This document shows positions 53,060 through 64,000 of a stretch of 64,000 bases of DNA, piece after piece. The DNA is taken from NCBI GenBank assembly GCA_051294375.1, contig CM119267.1:24234111-24298110 (forward strand), in the 5' to 3' direction. A program made the translations under genes and the position numbers. Source of the stretch: Paraspadella gotoi (taxonomy: Eukaryota; Animalia; Chaetognatha). The notes beneath the pieces were generated by a model. The model was not told where the DNA came from. It saw only the letters and a program-made list of their open reading frames with translations, and did not search any database. The number at the start of each line of letters is the position of its first letter. The stretch's first letter is position 1.

Positions 53060-54015
53060 GAAAGGGAGAGAAAGGAGAGAAATGGAAAGGCGAAAGAGAA
53101 GAAAGGGAAAGGGGAAAGAGAAGAAAGGGAATAGGGGAAAGAGAAGAAAGGAAAGGAGAAAGAGAAGGAAAGGAAAGGGGGAAAGAGAAGAAAGGAAAGG
53201 GAAAGAGAAGAAAGGGAAAGGGAAGAGAAAAAGGGAAAGGGGAAAGAAAGAAAGGGAAAGGCGAAAAGAGAAGAAAGGGAAAGGGGAAAGAGAAGAAAGG
53301 GAAAGGAGAAAAGAGAAGGAAAGGGAAAGGGAAAGGAAAAGAGAAGAAAGGGAAAGGGAAAGAGAAGAAAGGGAAAAGGAGAAAAGAGAAGAAAGGGAAA
53401 GGGGAAAGAGAAAGAAAGGGAAAGGGAAAGAGAAGAAAGGGGAAAGAGGGGAAAGAGAAGAAAGGGAAAAGGAGAAAGAGAAGAAAGGGAAAGGGGAAAG
53501 AGAAAAGGAAAAGGGAAAGAGAAGAAGAGGAAAGGCGAAAAGAGAAGAAAGGAAAGGGAAGAGAGAAAGGGAAAGGGGAAAGAGAAGAAAGGAGAAGGGG
53601 GAAAGAGAAGAAAGGGAAAGGGGAAAGAGAAGAAAGGGAAAGGCGAAAGAGAAAAAGGGAAAGGGGAAAGAGAAGAAAGGGAAAGGGAAAGAGAAGAAAA
53701 GGGAAAGGGAAAGAGAAGAAAGGGAAAGGGGAAAAGAGAAGAAAGGGAAAAGGGAAAGAGAAGAAAAGGGAAAGGCGAAAGAGAAAAGAAAGGGAAAGGG
53801 AAAAAGAGAAAGAAAGGGAAAAAGGGGAAAGAGAAGAAAGGGAAAGGGGAAAAGAGAAGAAAAGGAAAGGGGAAAAAGGAAGAAAGGGAAAGGGAAAAGA
53901 GAAGAAAAGGGAAAGGGAATAGGAAGAAAGGAAAGGGAAAGAGAAGAAAGGGAAAGGGGAAAGAGAAGAAAGGGAAAGGGAATTAAGGAAAAAGAAATAG
54001 AAATAAAAGAGAAAG
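53060..54015. repeat. About 950-bp almost purine-only tract (GAAAGGGAAAGGGGAAAAGAGAA-like units)
   Basis: Nearly all A/G on the + strand; the 324-aa ORF is an artefact. Confidence 0.95.
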
Positions 54016-54480
54016 GTGATCCTTAATTAATCGTTTTTATTATTCTTTATATAAAGTATATTCTTTTATAATGTAATGTAATGTAATAGGATTAATATTT
54101 AATTATTTACTTACCAAAAAGGAGACCGCAACAAAATTGAAGATGTTTTGATTTCTCGCGAATCTGAGAAGAGAAGAAAGCGAATCCATTTTGGCGGCAA
54201 AGAAATATTTGAAATAAAAAATATAAAAAATAAGTCTAAGGGAAAAACAATATTTATTTGCATCGAAATATGCAATAAACGAATTTAACCGATAGTTTTA
54301 AAGGAAATAATAAATTAAGGCAAACAATTTAGTTTTGCAATACCGGACTAATAAAATTGTAATTAGGCAAACGAAAAAAAAATATTTGAGAAATAGAATT
54401 CTGACATCAAAGAAAATGAGCCGCCTTGAGACTATTGACCTGAAAGAAGGAAAAGATTGGAGGCAGGAATATCGACCAGA

Positions 54481-54568
<88 letters not shown>

Positions 54569-54613
54569 GAGCTGAAACATCGACAGAAGGAAAGGATGAA
54601 TGGGGTTAATGAC

Positions 54614-54703
<90 letters not shown>

Positions 54704-55098
54704 AGATGGAAATGAAAATCCATTGGACGATTAATCGGTCAGACCATCAACGAAGATTTTGTTTGTGATTTGCAATTAAAATTTGTAGTTTTGTAGTTTT
54801 GAAACGAAGAGTTATTTTCAGGGCAAATATATAAATGTCTATTGAAGGATTCTCTTCTTGGGTCATGGGCAATCGTTATTCAATCAGGCGTGGAATATTG
54901 AAAAACCAAAACAGAGAGCAAGTGAGAGAGAGAGAGAGAACGATATAGAAACGTAGAAACGTCAGAGCGAGAGAGAGACAGAGCCAACCTCCTTTTTGTC
55001 AAAACGTGTTAGTTGTGAAAGTCTAGTGAGATTGAAAGGAGTGAAACCGATTCAGTGAAACAAAGAGACGCTTTGTGAAATGTTGCCTCGTAGCTCTT

Positions 55099-55140
<42 letters not shown>

Positions 55141-55538
55141 CGAAAGAGAACAATCACGTCCCAAGCGGCGAAACCAAAGATAAAATGGAGGATGAAGGAA
55201 AGAAAAACCAGGGATTAAGAATTTGGGAGAAATAATCGCCAATCGGGGCGAAAGATGAACGGACGGACAGACAGACAAAGAGACTAAGAGATAGAGAGAC
55301 CAACGGACAGATAGAGCGACAGAAAGACAGATAAAAGACGGCCAAGAGAGATCAGTGGAGGGAACAAACCGACAAATAGACAGTCAGAGAGGGAGACAGA
55401 CAGACAGAGAAACATATAATCAAACAATAAGAAGACCCACAAAGAGAGACAGTAAGACGGAAAAACAGACATTCATACTGACGAACTGATAAACTTGAAA
55501 GTCCGTTTTGGTTGAAAGGAAATTAAGGTTTTTAAGAC

Positions 55539-55660
<122 letters not shown>

Positions 55661-56284
55661 ATGAACCCCTTTCTGAGTGAGGATGTAAAAAAACAAACAA
55701 ATCAGAGTCAGAACAACAACAACAACAACAACTACAGTTGGCCCGACTTTGGTTAACTTGTTTACCAGACGACGACGACGACGACGACTACAACATAGAA
55801 TAACTTGGTTAAGAGAGAGAGATGCACGTAAAACAAACAGAGTCTAACCTACGAGAGCGATGAACTTGAGATTAAAAGACGACGACGAAGATGATGACGA
55901 CGACGACGACGACGACGACGCCAACCTGTTATGGGGATCGATTTATCAACGAACGAAGAAATCAAACAAGAATTTAAACTTGAAATATTATTTAACTTGT
56001 TTCTGAGAATTTAAGATCGAATGCTTGAATTTTATGACGTTAATAATTTTTAAAAAAATAATAATTACTAAAAAATTTCGTAATGGCAGTTCGGGGTGGC
56101 ATATGGACGGTGGCATTTGGAAGGTGGTATTTGGGAGGTGGCATTTGGGAGGTGGCATTTGGGAGGTGTCGGAGGACTGAGGTGGGAATAAGCTCATTGC
56201 TGGGGAATTTCGGACTGCTTAACCGGGGATCGGGGACTTAAAACGGAGATAATCGTTGGCTGGGGATTCTCTGCGATCCCTCGG

Positions 56285-56375
56285 TGATGGGAGATGGGAG
56301 ATGGGAGATGGGAGATGGGAGATGGGAGATGGGAGATGGGAGATGGGAGATGGTAGATGGGAGATGGGAGATGGG
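56285..56375. repeat. (GGGAGAT)n heptamer repeat; 14-bp GGGAGGTGGCATTT repeat at 56110-56165
   Basis: Directly visible. Confidence 0.95.
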
Positions 56376-58119
56376 GATTCACGAACACTTTCTTGTCTCC
56401 AGTGAAAAGAGAATCACGAATATTTAATGGCTTTGATCTCGATCGCTAGTTGGGCCGACGTTTTTGAAAAAAAAGTGAGAATTTGTGAATATCACAAATG
56501 GTTGAAAAATGAAAATACAATAGTTTTGGTATTTTTATTCTTATGATGGACTAATAATTACTTCCGCCACACTTTACAACCAATTCTAAATTCATTCATT
56601 CATTTAATATATAAGCTATTTTGCCCCTGTCTTTGGACAGGCTTTGGTTGTTTAAGGCCTCCATCACTCTTACAAGATGATAACATAGCAGGTTCCTGCA
56701 AGCTTTCAATCAAGACTCTCACATAATTTCGTTTATTCACTCCCAGAGTTCCTGACTTCCCAATCAATGAAGTGGTATAATATTTCCAAAAATGTTTCAA
56801 TTGTATGAAAAGACTACTCCCTTAAGTAGATCGGGGAATTCTATACTGTACTCCGCCCAGCATCGAAATACAAGGAGCTGAATTTTATGTAATTCGTACA
56901 ACCAATATAAAATTATCCATTCCATTTCATAAATCTTCCTCTTAACCTTGGCCATCCGAGATTGCGGTTCGTACGCGACGGATAACCGAGGGCACAAGTC
57001 CTCGAGATTTTTCGAGTCGAACACGGATTCCGGGATTCTCCTTCAAAGGTCTCAGGATCGAATCTCGTTCCACGGAAAGAAAAAAAAAATCCGGAATTTC
57101 TTCTTTTTTTTTCGAAGCTCGAATTTCGCGAGTATTTTTGGGAGGCGCGTGGCGACGTGATCGGAATAAGAAGGGATGGAGTGGAGGGGAAGAGGGAAGA
57201 GGAAAGAGGGGATGAGGGGAAGGGATGGAGGAGGGGAAAGGAGGAAGGAGGAAAAGGGGAGGAAGGAGGGAGGGACGAGGGGATTGGTGAAGGAACGTAG
57301 AATGGACAGAAACAAAAGAAGAGAGACAGAGATAAAATATTTTAAAATCAAAAAAGAAATATGAATGACGAACAAAATTGATGATTAGTTTTAGAAAAAA
57401 AGAATTGTTTTTGATTCGTCAGCCATAAATTTGTATTGATGATTAGTTGAAATTAACTACGTAAAAAATTTATAAAGTACAAAACGAAAGTTCAAAATTT
57501 TCCCGTAGGCAAAGTTATAAAACTCTCTCCGCTCAGTTTCAACCAGATTTTTTTTTTTTCTTAGCGGAAACAAAAAGTCGAAGGGAAAAAAAATTTGAAA
57601 AAGAGAAAAAAAAGGAGGAAAGTTGCGTCCTAATTAGTTTCAGCCGTAAATAGGTCTCCCTCTCTAACTCTCTTTCTCTCTCTTTCTTTCGCTCTTTTCT
57701 TTCTTTCTTTCTCTTTTTCTTTCTTTCTTTCTTTCTTTTTTTCTCTCCTTCTTTCTTTCTTTCTTTCATTCTGCCTTTCTTTCTTTCTTTCTTTCCTTCT
57801 TTCTTTCTTTCTTTTTCTCGTTGCTCCTTGTTTTCTTTGCTTTTTGGTTAAATTGGTTCAAAATGTATTATTACAATTACAAATACATTTCCGAAACCAA
57901 AAGCTCTAAACCCAAATATTGCAGCGCCCTTCTCATTCTCTCATTTTTTAGTTCAAATTTTGCACGATGCTCTTTTGTTTTGTTTTTTTCATAATTGATC
58001 CCCAGCCGCGAGAGGGCAGGGCAGGCAGAGAGAGCCTGGGGTTGCTCTGGCAGTCGGTGAGTTTAAATGCGGCGTTGTAATGGGGTGTTTCTGAGGACGT
58101 TGGCAGCTGCGGCGGCGTC

Positions 58120-58121
58120 GG

Positions 58122-58167
<46 letters not shown>
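58120..58167. repeat. (GGC)n tract in a GC-rich island
   Basis: Directly visible. Confidence 0.9.
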
Positions 58168-58168
<1 letters not shown>

Positions 58169-58461
58169 TTGTTTAGGCCAAATCTCACGCAGCGAAAGAA
58201 AAAACGGAAAACCGCGGGATTCAAATTTGGTTGGTGATTGGTGAACGATGATTTGTGATTGGTGATTGCTTGGAATAATTTCTTTTTATCAGATTCACGC
58301 AAGATGATATTCGGTCAATGTCATTTTCGTCGGGGGAATTTTTCCTNNNNNNNNNNNNNNNNNNNNNNNNNTCCTTCTAGACAACGATTCGTCGTCGCGG
58401 TGATGAGTAGATCAAGAGGAGAGAGAGAGAGAGAGAGAGAGAGGAGAAGGAAGAAGGAGAG

Positions 58462-58502
<41 letters not shown>

Positions 58503-58583
58503 GAGAGAAGAAGAGAGAGAGAGAGAGAAGGAGCGAGAGAGAGAGAGAGAGGAGTTGAAGAGAGAGAGAGAGGAGAGAGAGAA

Positions 58584-58631
<48 letters not shown>

Positions 58632-59114
58632 GAGAGGAGAGGAAGAGAGAGGAGGAGAGGTGAGAGAAGAGAGAGAGAAGATCGTCGATCCGTGTGATCT
58701 TTTTGGGTGAACGGAATTTCGATCTCCCTTCTCCACCGAAGAAGAAGAGAATTGATGTCGAGCGAAGATATCACAAGGGGTCACGCCACGCAAGATTTCT
58801 TCTATCTCTCTCTCTCTCTCTCTCTTCTCATCTCTCTCTATCTCTCTCTCATCTCAGTCTCTCTCTGTTCTTTCTATCTCGTACTCGCTCTCCATCCATC
58901 TCTACTCTTCTTCTCTGTCTGTTCTTTTCTCTTCTGGTCTACTTATTGCTGTATATTTTTCTTTATTTATATATATAGTATAACTTTCTCTCTCAATCTC
59001 TCTTGCTCTCGAAGTCTTCTCTCACTGCTCCAAATTTTCCACATTGGCGCTCTCAATCTCTCTCTCTCTTTCTCACTGCTCCAAATCTTCCACATTGGCG
59101 AGTGTCGCCAAAAT

Positions 59115-59260
<146 letters not shown>

Positions 59261-59449
59261 TTCCATCACGTCTCTCCGGGAAATAACAAACGCCGTGGGA
59301 AAGATGGTCGATGATTCCTTCACAATTGACATTTCTGACATGGATGACAGAAATGTCAATCTTGCAGTTTTTGCTGACATTTGATGCTCGGAGAGAAAAA
59401 ATATGTGGCATACGGTTCGTGCTAAAGGTTGACTAATATGAGATTCAAA

Positions 59450-59541
<92 letters not shown>

Positions 59542-59599
59542 TGAAAGTCTTCGTCTTGATGAACTAATTTGCGAGAAAAAGTTTATACTTTTTTTCTTT

Positions 59600-59860
59600 T
59601 TCTTGGCTCCAATTTCTAATTCAGTTTTTCTTTCTTGCTCCTTCAATTTCCTGTTTTCTTTTTTTTGGCTCCAATTTCTAATTCAGTTTTTCTTTCTTGC
59701 TCCTTCAATTTCCTGTTTTCTTTTTCCTGGCTCCAATTTCTAATTCAGTTTTTCTTTCTTGCTCCTTTAATTTCCTGTTTTCTTTTTCTTGGCTCCAATT
59801 TCTAATTCAGTTTTTCTTTCTTGCTCCTTTAATTTCCTGTTTTCTTTTTCTTGGCTCCAT
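59600..59860. repeat. About 62-bp tandem repeat x4 (TTGGCTCCAATTTCTAATTCAGTTTTTCTTTCTTGCTCC...)
   Basis: Directly visible. Confidence 0.93.
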
Positions 59861-60800
59861 TTTCTACTTCTGTTTTTTTTCTCGCTCCTTTTATTTCTGT
59901 TCCTGTTTTGTTTACTCGCTCCTTTCTGTATTGCCCCTTTTATTATCGGTGGAGTAAGAGAAAAAAAAATTAATAAATTACTAGAAAAAATGTTTAGCGG
60001 AAAATTAAACAAAAAAACGAGAGAGAGAGAGAGAGGACGGAATCTGAGAAAAAAGAAAAAGAGAAAAGTCAAAGAAGGAAGATAAATGAAGGCCCGGCTG
60101 GTCAAATGCCAGGACTGACTGGCAGACGATAACACGACTGGCAATTTGGACGAGAAGGCGAATGGTAAAAAGGGTCAGCCGAATCGAGGGCGGATGGCAT
60201 CGAGGAAGAGAGGAAAGAAAATTCAAATTGCCACCTACCCTTAAGTAAACCAATAATGATGACTAAGCAAATGGCACTTCAGAATTTTTGTTTTAAATTG
60301 TTATTGATTATTATTTTTTTTAATTTATGAAAAACAAATTATAGAGAGCACGCAAAAAAAAACAAACTTTAATCTCATTTCCGCGCGACTCATTAAGACC
60401 AAAAACCGTTTTAATTAGCGACTGACGAACTCACGCCTTTAACGAGAAATCTCGCTAATTGAATTAAACTGTTTAATGAAATTCCGCTAATATAACGTTA
60501 AAAAAATTGAACTAAACTAGGACGGTATTTTAACTTTTGAGTCGCCGGAGCTATTTTTATGTCTCAACGAAAATTCCGATAGGAATTAATTTTTATTTTA
60601 TGTCGTTGGTTAAAGCTCTCTCTCTCTTTCTCCTCTCTCTCTCTCTCCTCTCTCTCTCTTCTCTCTCTCTCTCTCTCTCTTTTTTTAATGTCTCTCTTTC
60701 CACTAATAAATTTTTTAATCATAAACTCGCACGTGTTAACCGGAGTTGTGGGCCTATCTTATTTATGAATTATAAATCTACTTTAGAGATAAATTATAAA

Positions 60801-60858
<58 letters not shown>

Positions 60859-63800
60859 TTCTTTCTCTGTCTTTCTTTCTCTCTCTTTCTATATTTTTCT
60901 TATTATATATATATATGTTAAATTTTTATTTGTTACGGATGTCTCTCGGTTGTTTGTGCCTTTTTATTATTGAATTCGTATTTTTGTTGCTTACGAATAT
61001 CTGATTGATCAAGTATTTTAACGTCGCTCTCTATTGGTTGTCCTTATGATGTACCTTAACCAAAGATATAAAAGATTGCTTACCTAAAACTAAGAGGATA
61101 AGTTACAATGTTCGTGACAGTCGGTAAGCATTTAAAATGATATTTTGTAATTTTTGGTTAACTAAGTTTGACTATTTTTAATAGTTCTTTTTTTTTGGTT
61201 ATCTTTAGAATAGTCTCCTTCGACTTGCTTTATGTCTTCTTCGACTTGCTTTATGTTTTCCCTTCAATTTGCTTCACGTCTCACGTCATGTTATGTCTAC
61301 TACAATAACTATTACTAAATTTACATTCTTCGATCTCTATACATAAATAGCAGTCAGAAAACACTAGCTCGCTCACGGCGTTACGGTAAAATCTCAATAA
61401 TCTATTCCGACTTCGGACTTAATAAACGCCTTTAAAGAAGGAATTCAAATCTCATGAATCTCTGTTGCGCGTTCCTTCCGATCGTCAGCGATTGACTAAC
61501 TAAGCGGCGGCTTAAGATAAGACTAAATAAACTCGCGAAAAAGAAAAAACGAATTGCTTCTAAAAAGATCGAAAAATTCGAGTGCATTTTAAAAAAAAAA
61601 AAAGAATAAACTAGCGATCTAGTAATAATTCGAATGCGAAAATTAAAACGATTTCAACGCGCGTCTTTTATCTCGTAAACCGAATAATTTAAAATACTCT
61701 CTTCGCTAATGATTTGCGCTTAACTTTAGCGAAACGCGTTCTTCTTTATAATCGGTTCTATATGTTTACGTTGAATCTTATTTTTGAATTTGGTTTTCCC
61801 TTTTTAAAGGAAATTCTTAGTTCTGCTCTCTCGCTTTCATGTTTCTTTATGCCATTACAAGTTTGCTTTCCTTTATTATAAAGTTGGCTTTCTTTTATAT
61901 CTCGGTTTGTGTCTTGTTGTTAATTAATTTTTGAAATCATGTCTAACTCGTCAATGCTCCAAGGGGGGTAAATTAAAGAAACATCCATTATCCATAGCAT
62001 TTACGATTTTAATACAAGTTGCAAGCTGCCAAACTCAGGTAAGGAGAAAGTATTAATAATTGCAAAACAAGCTCATGAAAGATTGCATACTCTGCTAGTG
62101 AACATACAAAAGAATTGAAGGGTGAGGGGTTTGACTAAGGAAAGGGAAAGCTGAGATACCAAAGCATTACAGAATACGAAAAAGAGAATCCACATTTCAT
62201 GATCAAATGGAAGGGTTATTAAGTCATTAAATATGCTGCAATAACAATCTTTTGCTCCCTAATGCTCCAAGTCCGTTTCCATGTCTGGTAGATCTCAAAG
62301 CTCAAGTGCTTCAGGTCAAAGGAACTAAAAATCCAGCGTAAGAGTTTAAATAAGGAAACGGAAAGAAAATATAACATCAGGAATATAAAATTAATGAAAA
62401 GGATCGTAGCGATCAAAAAGAAAGGATAGAAGGGAAAGTGCATTAGATTGGAAGAAGCCAAAAAGGAAACTGCAAAGTAATGGAGGAGAAGCAGTGAATT
62501 AACAATTTAGCCTTAAATTAAAAAACCAAGGGAAGACAATGAGAAAAAGAGGGAAAAGGAAAGGATGATGGAAAAGGCTGAATTAGTAATTTAAATGACG
62601 ATATCCAAATTTTTACAGGATGATGCCTCCATTCCTACACACCCGTTTACCAAAAGACTCATTCTGCTTTGACAAGGTTTACACATTGGAATGATAAATA
62701 AACAAGAGAGGCAAAAGGGCAATGACTTGGTTCATTTGCCTGAAGCTTCTACTTTTAAATCATGAAGCTCCTATTTAATCCATATAAAAGCACGAATTTA
62801 AACCCAAGCTTTAGCACTAAGACCGTTCTCATGCATTGTTTAAACCCCCAACCATTGAGATCACCACTTGCCCGCCAACAGCATCTGGCAATTCTGGGAT
62901 TCCCATCCACTCCTCAGGTTCCATCCCAACCAAATCAAAGCAATCGAATTATAGCGCATGATGCGTTCCAACCTTCATGTTTCTTCAGCTCCTACTCAAG
63001 CCCTTGATCCCAGGCATATTCTGGCCTTCGGCTAAGCTGCAGCGAGCGCGGCCTAAGTGAAGATAAGAGGTGGAAGCGGGTGACGCTATGGTTTAGCGTC
63101 ATTCCTATCTCGGTTTATTATTGAACTGTAGAACGACTTCCTGGCTGGTAGTATCGTGAAAAGATCTTGAGTTGTTGAAATGGACGACTGGTGAAGCTCA
63201 TATTTCCATTAGCAATTTGAAAATGAACTCGGATGCACCAAAGCTTTAGCTTAGCTAAACAAAGTTAGTTCATCCTGGGTTAAGGCCAACATACTCTCTG
63301 AAGATTACGTGATATTATAAAAACAAGAACTACTTTAAGAAAGGCCGATCTTGTGGTCTTAGAAACTTATGGGAGCCTTGAAGAGCTAAAAACTGCTCTC
63401 ATGTCTGGGATATTGAAGGTTTTTCTAACATCGATCTTGTAAACGATGATTGATAAGCGCATTTCCATTTCACGTGATAAATCGGGCAATACTCCATCCA
63501 CAAGTTGGACCGTTTTATTCAAAAGCAAAGGAACAATTTGCATTTCTTATACTTTCTGGATATCAAGTCGAAACAGCTGGAAGTCTCCATATTGCTGCGT
63601 CCAATTTGCTCCAAAGAAAGATGTAGTTAAAGTTCAGCTGCTACACTTCCATGACTTCACTATCAGCGCCCAAATTCAAAAGGTGACAAACAAGGATTCT
63701 CAGGGCTCAGCTAAGATGAAGGCAAGTTAGCTTGTTACAAGATTCTATGATTCAAGTAAAAGTTTTAAACAGCCCTTGTGCACTAGTAAACATTATTTGT

Positions 63801-64000
63801 CTGTTGTCCTACATTTTTAAATGGGACAAGTGCAAGATTTGAGCTATGCTAAAAAAGTAATCGTTTATCTTTCTGCTGTGTGATAACATAAAATCTCGCT
63901 GCAAGCACAAAGATCTGTAAGACTGTAACTCTAAAAGCCACCATACTTGTCCTTCATCGGCAACAAAAATACTCAGAGCAGGTGATGATTTCTATAACAA

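Noticed and set aside
56600-57080. Protein-coding gene from the short minus-strand ORFs
   Set aside because: No recognisable motif and no consistent exon structure.

Overview
Repeat-rich, AT-rich eukaryotic (most likely invertebrate animal) genomic DNA with many (AG)n, (ACG)n and (AAT)n microsatellites, indel-type sequencing noise and six N gaps (five of exactly 25 N). Nearly all ORFs in the supplied track are microsatellite artefacts. The main feature is a 5'-truncated Penelope-like retroelement (PLE) on the minus strand at about 49342-51530. It encodes an RT with the DKG motif and a C-terminal GIY-YIG endonuclease, and its catalytic motif reads KADD instead of YxDD. A minimal hammerhead ribozyme lies about 600 bp downstream. 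The roughly 6.5-kb sequence downstream of this ORF (hammerhead, tRNA-derived SINE, 115-bp composite repeat, 45-bp array) recurs in about four copies of alternating orientation across 22169-49370, forming two large palindromes. Two copies begin at the same point near the end of the PLE ORF, and two carry private transposon-like insertions, one with Transib-like CACAATG ends. Also present are small spliced exons of a minus-strand host gene at the left edge (LamG-like), an RFX X-box, a TA-flanked MITE, a palindromic satellite and a diverged 46-bp array. Several copy junctions coincide with 25-N gaps, so part of the multi-copy structure may be an assembly artefact.
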